From: Gnetum montanum
Taxonomy: Eukaryota > Plantae > Gnetophyta
Length of the DNA: 64,000 bases
Direction of reading: 5' to 3'
Assembly: GCA_015680685.1 (NCBI GenBank)
Contig: MNCI01003108.1
Coordinates: forward strand, 310,492 to 374,491
The position numbers and the translations under genes were made by a program. Below, one piece after another: positions 10,731 to 23,655 of the stretch. Positions within the stretch are counted from its first letter, which is position 1, and each line of letters opens with the position of its first letter. The notes beneath the pieces were generated by a model. The model was given only the letters and a program-made list of their open reading frames with translations. It ran no database searches and had not been told where the DNA came from.

Positions 10731-13360
10731 AAACTAAAACTAAAACGTTTTTTAATATATAAGATTGAATATAATGTGATTATATTCATTCAAATAGTGC
10801 CAATGATATGGTAACTCATTCTAGGTATATTTCCTCTACCTCGTAGATCTATTGAAACAATAAATGTCAATTTTAGTTTCAGAATAAAATGTCATTTTAG
10901 GTTTGAATAAGTTCAGGTGATGTTCATCATTTATTTTGTTGAAAAATTGTTATGTTGCAAAGAGTATGTGCCTATTCATATTATGATTTTTACTAAAAGT
11001 TAAAACCCTCCAAACTCTACTATCCATATAGTTAAGTTGAAGCAAACTAAAGAAGAAAAGATGGTTGAAAGTTTTGTTACAAGTAACTTAGGAAAGGAAG
11101 TAATTTTTAAGTTCGAATAAAAGATTAAAACAATTTTTTTTTCATAATGCATCAAATAAAAGTTACCTTTTCTATATAAGTTTAAATCTTTCATATCTTT
11201 TTATTTAATATCTTTAAATAATTACAGTAAAAATTACTTTACTTTCAGAGCTAAACTTTATATAAGTTATACTAACTTCTGTTTAAAATATTTATTGAGA
11301 CAGGCAGAAACACCAAGGTTAACCGTAATCAACTAGGAATCATAAAAACTAATTTATGCAGCAGCAAATCTAAATCGTCCATCAGGAAAATAAAAAATAT
11401 CACTAATAGTCAGAAATAGTACCTTTTAGATTTTTTTTCCCCAAGAAAAAATTGCTATTACTTTTACTCTGTCATTGTACTTTTCCTTTTTTGAGCATTT
11501 ACTCAAAATCATCCAGGATCTGTCGTGTGCGAGTAAATTTCACGCATTGACGTCCTACAAAATTAGAATGTGTGATTTCACACTTTTTATGATTAGTGAA
11601 ATATGTTGGCACTTGACCCGTATCTGCCCTTACCGCCTGACTTGCGGATGTCAAACAAAATTTGTAGGCAGAGGAGGAATTCTTCCCATATATCAGCACT
11701 AGCGTCACGAAAAGGAGCAGGATCAAGAAATCAAAATCAACAGACACGAAAAAACACACATCACCATTTGACAGCCTTCAATCTAACTTCATTGGACTGG
11801 ACTCCTCCAATCATTCAGCTACTAAGATACCGCGGAAATCCCAAAGTTCCTTTACCAGATAACACCGGTGCACCACCATCACAAATGGGAAAAAAATATA
11901 CGAGTCCGTAAAAGTCCTCTGCAAATGCCAATTCCAGCTTTTCCTTTTATTATTCCTTTCACTGAATAGTGTGGAATGGTAACACGCTCCTGCGGAACCA
12001 AAGGATGCGTGTATGTTACACAACAGTGCAGAAGCAGAACAAAAGTACTCCTCTGCCATTCTGCAAGTGCAATGCGCTCACGAAACGTTTCAGATCATCA
12101 ACAATTTCAATCACATCAGCGAGAACAAGCCCCAAAAAACATTTTTTTAAAAAAAGTTTTCTGTTCACGGCAGATACAGAGCAAGCAAATTTTTTCCAAT
12201 ACAGAGATTTTCACATTACAATGCTCAGCACAAAAACAGCGATGTCAAATTACCACAAATATATTTTCGAAACCCGCAACTTCAATGATGCTGCCACAAT
12301 GATTCTACCATGTTATGATGTCCCTGTGTCTGTCACATAAAGCAAGATGCCAAAGACATTCATTCATTCGTTTGGAACCATTGCACTACTCTGACAGCCT
12401 GTGAAAACCTTCGAGATGATGGTTAATCTTTTGTTGTGGCGTGAATGTTTTCTACTCCACTGTGAATTCACTGTTTTGGTTCTACTTTGTACCAGGCACT
12501 GGCTTGCTGCAGAGGTGGCATTAAAGCTGTGGACTGTGAATGTTTTCCTGACAATCATGGTCATGTACGTGTCCTGCTTTTTCAATACATACACCTGCTC
12601 CAATACAATCCAAAGCTAGATTGGCCATGTTGTGCTGCCACTTCAATCATTTTTTTGGGGCAAATCATGTGACCCACAACAGGGGTATTTGTCAGTTGGT
12701 TTCACCAGTTCTGGACTTCACTAAATCTTTTCAATTTTTTTCCTATTGTTTGCAAAACATACAGACAGCTTTTTCTGTTCCTCTTTTCATCCTCCAGACT
12801 GTCACTCCATGTTTTGTTGTTATCATCGTTTGCGGAGCCTAGGTGGTTTTATCTTCTCCTACAAGTTCAGGAGGCCAAGTTTTCTACGCTTACCGACACC
12901 GACACCCCACCAACCGACTGACTTTGGCATTGAAATATCGTCCATCCTGCTCTTCCACCCTCGACAGGCTTTTAGATTTCAACGGGTGAAACTCTAAATG
13001 AAAAGTCCTACTTTTTTATTTCAATTTCTTGAAGCGTATGAATGTGTTTTCGCCCTTGGGATCGTGGGACAGTTGGGAATCTTGAATATTAAAAGCCAAA
13101 AGAGACTAGCAGATGGTAGCAGCCAACCTTTCAACAAAGTTTGGTAGCATTTAGCATTGAAAATAAATAAACAATAGAACTCCATTATCTGCAGATTAAG
13201 AGGCTGGAAAATAACGACGGATCTATATAATAAAGGAATAAATATACCTCGAAAAATTCACATTTGCATTGGGTTCACATTAAGTACATTTAGTCGCTGA
13301 ATATGAAAACTAATCTTAGAGCATTGGGTTCACATTTGCTCATGAGCAGACATATTATGT

Positions 13361-16300
13361 TTAATCATCATTTGTCAACTTGTCCTCATCTACCTCGAAA
13401 GCTTTTCTTGCTCTCTTCAGTTCTTCGTTCATTGCCAGCAGCTCAGTGCATCGATTGAGCTTTGGGATATCCTGTAGGATACAAATGCAGAATACATTAG
13501 CTGGCAGTCTATTACATTGACAAGATTAGACAAATTCTTAGCAGCATAGGATCAATAACTAAAGAAAATTGCTAACGAGTATTACGAAATTAACCGGTCA
13601 TAAACCATGTAGATCCTACGAGTGAAAAAAGGAACCAACGAAACAATGATCATTTCCTACAAATGTAAATTATGGACTTCAAAACACATTATGACATTGC
13701 TGCCTCTATCATATATTCAAGCATTCTTAGGAAACTCGATACCTTTGCCACGTATTGCATGTTTATATTTTATACACGAATTAGTCAGACATTTATAGCC
13801 TTAAAACTTAACCGCCAAATATTATCATCTTATACCTAATCATTATGCAATTTTATACTTAAAAATTCAACTTTGACAGTATTCAGCTTTATCGCTAAAG
13901 TGAGCATGTTCGAAAAAAATAATGAAAAAGTAGCAGCACACCTTTCGCAGGAGATACAAGAAGTCCTCAACTATAAGTTTCCCTCTTCTTACTGCAACGT
14001 CTTGAGCTTTATGAACCTGAACAATGAATCAGGGAAAATTACAGAATTAACAACATACTCAAATGTTGCCTTAAAGTGAAATAAAAGAGCAATTACTTGC
14101 ATAATTACATAGTGACAAAAAATTCTCCCATGAAAATTTCAGCCATCTCGTAGCGTGCTCATGTTTTTCATGGCCGAATAACTCATAAGTCCTAACCAAT
14201 AATGAACTCGTGAGGGTATGTTTCACCTAGCCAATCAGGGTTTATTGATTTCAAGGAGAATAAGATTCTTTGAGATACAACAGTTGCCAGAAATATTTTC
14301 TGCTTATTGTTCTATTTCATGCCACTAGGCGTATGCAGTATGCAGGATCTTGCATAGCTCCTTGTATATGAAACGGCTGGACCGTCTTCACAAGAAATTT
14401 GCACTCAAATAGACAATAAAACATACCTTAAATTTTGTAAGATTGTAGGGTACAAAGATAACCAACATATTGAATAAAAAAGTTTAAGAATCCATACAAA
14501 AGATTAGCAAAAGGATATTAGAAGATTGAGAAATTGGACTTCCCTCTGATTGGGCCCTTGATTTAGGTAGTTTTACATAAAAACGTAATGCTCAGATCTT
14601 TTATATATGCTAATGCAAGAAAGAAAATATTTTATGAATTTGCTTTGAATATTTCAGAAAAAAAAAAAACAAAAACCCTTTTATGTGTTCACTTCAGATG
14701 TACATCTATGGCATTAAACAAGAAAATTTTTAGGCTAGTTTTCATTGAATTGTCACAAGAACGCTGGCAAAGTGTTAGTTGTAAACAGCAAAACCGCAGT
14801 TTACATGCTGCATGAAGGGCACACCCCTTGATTAAATTTTAGATATATTTCGTAAATATGTAGCTAAACTACTTCCACCTTTATCCCAACTATGGAAAGG
14901 AAGGGTCTTGAGGTTTCATCAACAAATTCGATTTCTCAAAAATTATCATTTCCCCTATGGATGATTCTAAATTACTTTCAAATTTTTCTACTGATCTTGA
15001 AATTTTTGCTTCTTTTATTGATGCAAAATTTTTTGTTAATTCTCAAAATGCAGATTTATGAGCAAAAATTTGTGACACCTTTTTCTAGTGATGTTGATGC
15101 AATTAAGATATTTGATTTTGTTCTTCCTAATAATGTATCTAAGTCACTAATTGATCTTTTCTAATTTTTGATTATCTACCTCATAATTGAAGTTTCACTT
15201 CACAATCAAATGATGTTATGCAAAAGCATAACATTCAAGTCATTCATGCTAAGTATTATTCTTGTTTTTTCTGCTTGTTAAGCTAGGTAATGCTTCGGTG
15301 GTGTAGCGTGCCCTAGATATCAGGTCATTTATACATAAGCATGTAGTATTGATCATTCCACTTATCATTTGTAAGTGGACTCTAGACTCTAGATTTTAAT
15401 GTCCAATTTGAAGAATATTCAAAAGTTCCATGTTTTGTTGAGTTATTTAATTTTTCAAAGTTCTAAACAGGATATTGTTAGTCTTCTCAATCCCATTAAG
15501 CATATGAAATCTATTTCCACATCATTTGGCTCTTGTAAATGTTTATTTGTTGAAATCAATCTTCTTAACTATAAAAAAGAATTAGTATTATAAGCAGGCA
15601 AGAACACTTATATTGAGCCAATTACATAGTATAATCTTCCTAATTCTTGCAATCTTTGTCATCATTAAGGACATTTGTTTAATGTTTGTCCCTTTTTGCT
15701 CAAGAAAAAAGATGATAAAAAAGAAAAACGTGTTGAAGCTAAGTATTTAAAAAAAAACAATATCAAATTAATGATATGAAAAATCATGTTAATGTCAATA
15801 ATAAAATAATCAAATGGCAATAAAGAAACCATAGAAAACAAAAGCTTTGTGTGAATGCTTTTACTTATACAAGAAGTAGTAATGATCAGTCTATATAGAT
15901 AAGCTCATAAGGCAAATCTGTTCTAATCTGATAACAACAATGTTAACTCAAAGATCAAAACTAATGTTGACAAGTAAACTACAGCTGATGGTATAGATTA
16001 TTGATAGAAGGTTAACATTAAGCAACAAAATAATGGTGATGCAAGATATGTTTTACCATTTTCTTGTATTTTCTCAAATGTTGGTATTTTGCCAAAGCTT
16101 TCTATTGCTACCTCAAATCCTTTGGCTATTTTAAGTTTAAGCATGAAAGTTGAAAGTGATGTGAATGTTGTTCGGGCAATAGCCATCCTCCCTGCTACCA
16201 ATTAATTTTCCTCTCTTTGATTTTCCAAAAATATTAATTATAAGATTATACATGAGTAAACATCCCTAAAATTAGAAAGTTCTTTCTTTCCATGTTGTTT

Positions 16301-19300
16301 TTGGTGTTTTCTGCTCAGTATTAAGCTTGTACTATCCTTCAAATGTTTTTTTTTTGGCTTATTATCAATATTATTTTTGGGGTCCAACATCCTCCCCCTT
16401 ATCCCAACTATATGGGAGAAGCTATATGAATTCTTTTATGCCATTCACTTGTATTAATAGCTAAATCAACACTAGTAACCAAATTTGGATATCTTTCTTA
16501 TTATTGCATACCAAAGCATGATTTGATCTAACTCTTTGTTGTTTGTCCTCAACTTTACTAAAATGGCCTCTTCTAGTAGGTGCACACTCTGGTCTTCTCA
16601 GCACAACCCCTTGGTTAGAATGTATGACCTATATAAACAGCAACAATATGTTGAACTTTAATAATTTCAATGTTTGTATGGAATTTTTAGCTACTTCATG
16701 GTTTATCAATTTCAGAGTTTGTGTGTGGTGTTAGCATCGAGTTCATGTTTTATACATGAACACATTTATTTAATGATAGTCATTTGTATTATTTGATCCT
16801 TAGAAGAAGCAAATGAAAATTTAAATTCCAAGAATGAAATAACTGCATCAGATTTATCTTTTCAAATCAAGATGACACAAAAGTAAAAAACGGGCTTCAT
16901 ATTTAATCAAGATATTATTTGTTTTTAAGAGTGGATCAACAAAAAAAAATTGGTAGAACCATTAGGGATTTCATCTAGTAAGGCTCTATCAGAAAATATA
17001 CATAATTTCATTAACCATGTCCACAAAATCAATCAATTCTGCAAGGATAGTGACCCTCAAATGCAGGTTAGCTATCAAATGGTTTCTGTAGATGTCCCTC
17101 TTGCCCACTTGTCTGTAAATTTTCTACAGATGTCTTACTTTGTGTGACATAAAAATGTCTTTCATTTTTCCTTCCAAAAAAGATTGCATGTAATTTATAG
17201 AAAATCGTAGCAGCAGCAGTCACATGTAGGTGAAGCCATAGGTTACCAATGTTCAAGAAGCAAATAGGCATGATCACAAGTAAATCCGCCTAAGACTCCT
17301 TCACATCAACATGTTCATACCTAGCAATGGTGAAAATTTTATCATTTAAGGGCATACCATAAATTAACAAGAACTATTATTGCTCACTATGCAACAAGTA
17401 TATACTTCTTGCACCCATGATTAAATTGACTAATTTACAAAATGTAACTATTCTTATGCAACAGTACTTCAAATTGCCCAACCCTGCAGTCAGGTCATTC
17501 TGATAAACTATGAAAATTATTCTTGCTGGCTAAATCACACAAGATCAAGGTTTCCATTAGAAGACATCATGTCTCCTGTATCATTTATTGTCTCCATTTC
17601 CCAGAATCTTCAGAAATTCTTATTTTATAAGGCCAACTGAAGACACTGCCCATTAGAAAGCGAGGATATGATTTATGGCTACATTAATATTCAGTCAACA
17701 AGAGTCAGAACTTGTTCAGTTTGCGTCACTTTCCAATAGGCAACCTGATTAGTTGCTCTTTTTTGTGTATCTCTTTCTGTTTCTACACACACCCCACATT
17801 ATAAAATAAATCTATGACTCTCTAGTTAGTGTAAAATTCTACGTTTTCCTTTAAGTATTCATGGAAATTAAATCAATCCAGCATTAGCTGAATGCACAAA
17901 TCATTTGGTTATGTAAGACAGATCAATGAATAAATATGTAGCTGTTGGAATAATGCGACAAGCAACTAATGATAATCATCATACCATAATAAACTTAATA
18001 CAATTCCCAATGGCCTACCTAATGGAACACTATGTGGCACTGGATTCTCATAGTGTTAAACTAGGTGCACAGCCTGCACTTCACTGTATAATCCGATTTT
18101 AGGCTTTGGAACAAGAATAGGCATGAACAAGCCAAGCCTTATATTATGTCATTAAAATAAGAAATAATTTGATTACTAAGGTTTTAAATTTAAACTGCAA
18201 CGTGTCATGACCAATCAACCATTGGATATTGCCCTCTCAGCCAAAAATTTTAATGTTCTACACCAAGAATACATCAATTAATCAATTCAATAAGTATGTT
18301 GACAGATTACCTACATTCTGTATTAGTTTATGTGTTGATACATCCTAGGGCTTAAATTTGGCAGGTAAATGGACCTGTATAAACAATTTTATCTGCCAAT
18401 GGAATGCATCATACTTCCATTCAGATGAAAGTTTAAAAATTTTCTTTAAAAAAGTTACCGTTTATACATTATCAGTAACAAACTGAAATAGTTGCAAAAC
18501 AGATGAAGCCTTTCTGGGTTAATTTACTATTACAAAAAACTATAAGAAAATAGCTAGTATATGCATTTACATTGAATTTGGAAAGTTTCACGGCTTCTTA
18601 TTGTGTTAAAGAAATTGCAAATAAACTATCAAGGATGTCTCTTTTTTTTTTTTCGAAATTTTTTGTTTTGTTTTTTTTCTCTCTTTTTTGTCGTTTTGGA
18701 AAGGTGAGAAAAATTTTATCATTCCTACCATTGAAGTGAATTCAATAGAACTTGGGGGCATTCCGAATTTTATTGCTGCTCCCCTAGCATTATTAACCAA
18801 GTAATAACTCGACAATTCATTTAAGAGAGAAAGACTATAAAAACATATTGAAAAAAATCAGCGTATTATTTCACATTTTAGAGCATCAGGTGCTTACCAT
18901 ATCAGTGATGTAATCAATAACAATGTCTTCCATCAATGCAACAGTCTCTGGCAAGGGCTGCATCACACAATGCATTCTATGTGTGAGTTCAGTGGTCCAA
19001 CATTTTCCCTTCTAAGAAATTTTCATATTTGGAGTAACATAAAAAAACACTCAGAGAGACAGAAACAATAGTTTCATCTTCAAACTTCAAAAAACAAATG
19101 GACTCGATGCTCAAGGGTCCTTGAAATCGCAACAAATTAAACCTTAAAAAAAACGGGTTCAAAATTCACTTGCTACCCCATGCCAGCACATTGCAGAGGG
19201 GTTCACTACTACCACAATAAGCAAGGATTTAAAGTAAAACATACATTAGCATCGTCGCCGTATCCATACATCATGTGTTGCACTGCATATCCAGTTAAAA

Positions 19301-19575
19301 AACAGCCATAAAAATCTCAAATTAGAAAGACTCGCAAAAACACATCATGTGTTGGAGGCAATATCCAGTAGAAAACAAAAACATCAAAATTCTCAGATTA
19401 GAAAGACTCTCAAAAACACTTAATTGGGGAAATAGAGTTAAAAAATATCAAACACTTAACAGTCTTTATGAAAGACACCGCGCTTGCGCTTTAGATTGGA
19501 ATCCGAGCTCTGTACTCCACCAGGCTTGGCTTTGGAAGTGGATGCTCCTGCCGGTTGTGGATCTGTGGCCGCCAT
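13361..19575 (-). CDS. TAF13: Transcription initiation factor TFIID subunit 13, 132 aa, five exons
   Basis: Exons 19575-19461, 19282-19245, 18957-18898, 14016-13942, 13471-13361; all introns GT-AG; 399 nt in frame: MAATDPQPAGASTSKAKPGGVQSSDSNLKRKRGVFHKDLQHMMYGYGDDANPLPETVALMEDIVIDYITDMVHKAQDVAVRRGKLIVEDFLYLLRKDIPKLNRCTELLAMNEELKRARKAFEVDEDKLTNDD*. Matches the plant TAF13 histone-fold sequence. Missed by the ORF track because the exons are short. Intron 3 is 4881 nt. Confidence 0.96.
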
Positions 19576-19859
19576 GTCATAATCCTCAGCGATTCAACTG
19601 ATCTTCGAATTATCAAGCTCCCAAAAATTCTGATATTTTGATCAATGTTCTATCGTTAAAAACTGGTTATAGTCGTTGAAAGTTGGAATATAGATTTGAG
19701 AAAGTCGATCGATGTTGCGCAAGTCTTTGCACAGCATAACATCCAGGAACTGACCGGGATTATAACTATAGCAGCTGGATTTCACTCGGATCAAACCTGC
19801 ACGCCAACCATAGAGGAAATTGTTTTTTAATTTTTTAATAAAGGATTCGCAGCCGGAGT

Positions 19860-19920
19860 GCGGGCGATGGGAATGGAACCACAAACCTCCTATATAACAT
19901 ATTTGGTTGTATCAACACTG
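19860..19920 (-). promoter_or_regulatory. Putative TAF13 core promoter
   Basis: Minus-strand GTTATATAGGAGG ~19886-19898 and TGGGCC site-II motif ~19919-19926, about 310-350 bp upstream of the ATG. Confidence 0.4.
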
Positions 19921-20522
19921 GCCCACAACTTAGCACATTTAACATGCTTATTCTTTTTGTGATGTTGCTGACAAACCTCACTCGTGTTGCAAGTTTTCTT
20001 CTCAAACTAAACTTTACTCGCTAAAAACATTACGTTAATTGAAGCATTATACCTTTTACAAGTTAAAGGTTAAGTTTTATTTGATTTTTATCTTTGTTTA
20101 TGTTCCATACAAGTATTGTCTTGGGCGTACCAAGGGTACGTATTTAGTTTTTGCAATCTTTCCCAAAATAAGGTTTATTTTAAATGAAGCTATAATGGCA
20201 TTCCAAGGGTACAATGTAGTGGCTAGGACACTCATCTTTCAATTCAAAGGTTGTGGCTTCAATTCTTACCTTTACTTATGGGTGTGGTAGCATGAGTTTT
20301 AAGCAATAGGTAACACAGAGTTATTCAAAAATTGTCATTGTAAATTAAGAACATGTTTCCACACCATGTGGTGCTCATAGATGTTACACAAAGTTATACA
20401 AAAGCTACTAAGGTCATCTAAATTTATGATATTGTCTTTGAGTGTCTCTTGTCGTAGTCTTGGCCTCATACCATATTGTCGGTCTTTTCTATGTCCCTTA
20501 CAAGTAAAGCCTTGGATTGGTA

Positions 20523-20618
20523 TTGTTCATTTCCTAGAAATTCCATCAAATCCCTAGATGACTCAATCACTTGTTCATTGCCTAGAAATTCCATCAAATC
20601 CCTAGATGACTCAATCAC
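20523..20618. repeat. 48-bp tandem duplication inside element A gag
   Basis: TTGTTCATT(T/G)CCTAGAAATTCCATCAAATCCCTAGATGACTCAATCAC twice, one mismatch. Confidence 0.95.
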
Positions 20619-21604
20619 CTAGTTTATCGATCACTTTAAGTATAACTTGAAGCCAAATACCACGTTAGACCAACTCATAAGGGTGAGACATGGTTCCTTG
20701 GAATCAATCCAAAAGTTCATGCAAAGATGGAATTCAACCCTAAACAAAATTCCTATGCCCATCTCCAAAATTCATTTGTTGGTCATCTTTAAGGGAGCTA
20801 TTAACAACTTCATAAAGTCTAAGCTTTATAACTTGAAGTTGCACACACTTGGTCAAGCCTTTCAATAGATCAAAAACATTGAAGAAGTGGCTAAAGCTAG
20901 CAATGATCTGGCTTACATAGCCTATAAGAGCCAACATGCTAAGAAAGAGAAGGACAAGGCTAAGCAATAATCGATGCATACAACTGTGGCTAAAGATTCT
21001 AAACAAAAGGACCAACCACAATTATCACAACCAAAAACTTCTATTTTTGCTCAACATCGACTTTTTTTCCTTCATGTCAAACGAAACCCAACTTTGAAAA
21101 TAAAGATTGGTCTAAGTACACCAAATTTCCCATGAAACCTTCTGAACTCCTAGACCAATTTCTTAAAAACAATCATATTCAACATAAGCATTTGTTTGGA
21201 AATGCTAGAAAAAGACATGATTGTCTTTGCAAAATAGCTCGAGACCCTACTATGATGACTAAAGATGATCCACTATTGCCTAAATACTTGTTTAGATAGG
21301 TTTTGCCATTATCATCAACTATTAGGTCACGAGATTGATTTTTGCCTAGTCTTAAAGGATGATTTGCAAAAAAATGATCAATAATGGAGAACTTGTATTA
21401 GATGAATCCAACCCTGTTAGAAGCCAAAACTAGGATATGAAAGTGTTCAAATACCTACTCAATGCTAGCAATGATTCATATAAAATAGTGACAATTGTTG
21501 AAATAAGTGAGTCTAATACACCTAAGAAACCATTCATGATTCGAGTACCTCATGCCAACAACTCTGAATGCCAAGCACCATTGTTGAAACCTAGGGAACC
21601 TTTC

Positions 21605-23194
21605 TGAAACACCCCAAAATTCGAAGACATCCTTGCTTCACCAGGTCTTTGCAATTCGTGCAGCGTTACGACAGNAAATGTTCCCTAGGTTTCAACAATG
21701 GTGCTTGGCATTCAGAGTTGTTGGCATGAGGTACTCGAATCATGAATGGTTTCTTAGGTGTATTAGACTCACTTATTTCAACAATTGTCACTATTTTATA
21801 TGAATCATTGCTANCACGCAGCATAGCACAACATAGCAAAAGTTGGACAATTAGTCCCCTCGCCCGACTTCAAGTCCTTCGGCAATGTCTCCTTCCATCA
21901 GAAAGCAGCGAACTTGGCCAAAATCAAGTCATGTTTGCTGCTATGCTACGCTAAGCTACATGGCGTAGCAAGGTGTAACAATTCTGCGGAAGTTAACAAA
22001 AGGCATCTCAAAGTGCAGGATCAGCAAGTTCGCAAGTTTCACAGTGCAAAAGGCAAAGTTTGCAGATTGGCGATGTTTTTGTGACTAAGGATAGTTGTTA
22101 CGCTATGATACGCTACGTAGCGTAGCATAGCGTAGCAAATCTGCGGCCAGCAATCACAACACTGTGAAGGTTCCCAACATATGCAGCGGGACACAACGCA
22201 AATTTTTTGCTTCAAACCGATGGCTACGCTACACTACGCCGCGTAGCGTTGCACAATGTAACAAAATGCTACGCCACGCCAAACATGCTATGTTACAAAG
22301 CATGGCAAGACGTGGTGAGCAGTTACACAACATTAATGCACCTCACCTAATTGCACCGTTGCTTTGACAACATAATTATGATGCAGCAGGTTTGTAATTA
22401 CGACGTGGCAGGCTCGCCCAATGGTCATGCAGGCACGTGCAGCATAGACAGGTCAGCATAGGCCCAAGGCATGTGGCATCCAAACCACACCTTTCGCGCG
22501 CCCTTGGTCCTATAAATACCCCAATGAGCGATGCTCAAAAGAATTTTTGCACTCTTGGCATCCCCCTTTTTCAAAACTTTTCAGTCCCCAGTCTGTTTTC
22601 TCGGTAATCTGATTGGCTAACAGTTTGGTTGGCTGACAAGCAAAAGTTGGCACTGTGATCTCAAGTATTGTAAGCTTTCTGTTTTGACATTGTAAACAGT
22701 TAGCATTCTCAGTTGGCATTTTGTTCTGCTCTTTCCTATCACCTTGGTAGCACATCGCATTGTTAATGTCCAAGTCCATGTTCAAGCACACAACCTTCTC
22801 GCTCTACATGTCTTGGTTACTCTCGGGATCTCTACACTTCCCAACGCTGTGCGACCGATTGTATCCATGTTGACAGAGCGAAGTTGTAGCTTCAAAGCGG
22901 TGCATTTTTCTAACTGCATTTTACTTTGTCTCTTGCTTATTGTTGCATTTTACACTGTTTTCCGCTTCTTTTACATTCAAGCATTATTTCGCGCTATTAG
23001 TTTCGTTTTCAAATAACACGTTGCAAAAGGTTATATAGACACTAATGAAGTCCCTGTCTGATCAACCAAACCGTTCAGGGCACCTCGTTCTTGTCCCATC
23101 TAGCATGGCCCTCCCGCGAAAACAGGGTCGAGACTGTCGACGACCGATGACCTCTCGGCATTCTTTCCAGCTACCGACGTTTTCGGTCGCTACA
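21605..23194 (+). repeat. 5' LTR of element B
   Basis: Collinear with 38389-39903 apart from the N-bounded block at 21675-21814; TATA CCTATAAATA ~22509; ends TTTTCGGTCGCTACA. Confidence 0.93.
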
Positions 23195-23201
23195 GTTTCT
23201 C

Positions 23202-23220
23202 TGGCGTTAGAAGGAGGGCC
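23202..23220 (+). promoter_or_regulatory. Primer-binding site of B, complementary to tRNA-Asn(GUU)
   Basis: TGGCGTTAGAAGGAGGGCC, 7 nt after the LTR. Matches the recalled plant tRNA-Asn 3' end (CCCUCCUUCUAGCGCCA) with one C>T change. Confidence 0.7.
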
Positions 23221-23655
23221 TTTTGGTGCCCTTTCCGCGTGTCACGGTAGTCTTGTAAGCCTTCTACACCCTGATACGTATTAGCGTAAACTTGACACCT
23301 GTCTGTGGTTGTTTATGTGTCGTGCAGTGCAGATTAGTCGTCTCGATGGTTGCTCGGGAACCCTATAGGACATAAAGCCTCTAGTTGCCAGCTGACTTGC
23401 CTGTCTTATGGTACTCTTGCATGTGCTTTGTACCCTATCGCGCACTAGTGTAAACGTGACACCCTTTTGTGGTTGTTTATGCATTATGTGGTATAGGTCA
23501 GTTGCCTCGACGGTTCCTCGAGAGCCTTGCAAGACATAAAGCCTTCTTTTTGATTGCTTGCCAACTTTTTTGCTCTTCTCGTTCGCAAAAGCTGTTTAAC
23601 TTTCTTGATTTCTTTGCTTTTTTTCACGTTTGCAAAACTGTTTAGCATAGTAACA

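Noticed and set aside
14017-18897. Additional genes or exons within TAF13 intron 3
   Set aside because: Short AT-rich ORFs without motifs; TAF13 is complete without them. Only small RTE-tail-like TTATCCCAACTA remnants (~14881, ~16399) were seen.
21466-21814. 138-bp near-perfect inverted repeat (21466-21603 vs 21676-21813) that looks like a long hairpin
   Set aside because: The second arm is bounded exactly by the two single N bases (21675, 21814) and replaces ~100 bp present in the 3' LTR; most likely a gap-filling artefact. Raw long reads would settle it.
22510-23016. Duplicated 90-100 aa ORFs (also 39221-39748) as a gene pair
   Set aside because: They are the same incidental frames in B's two LTRs.
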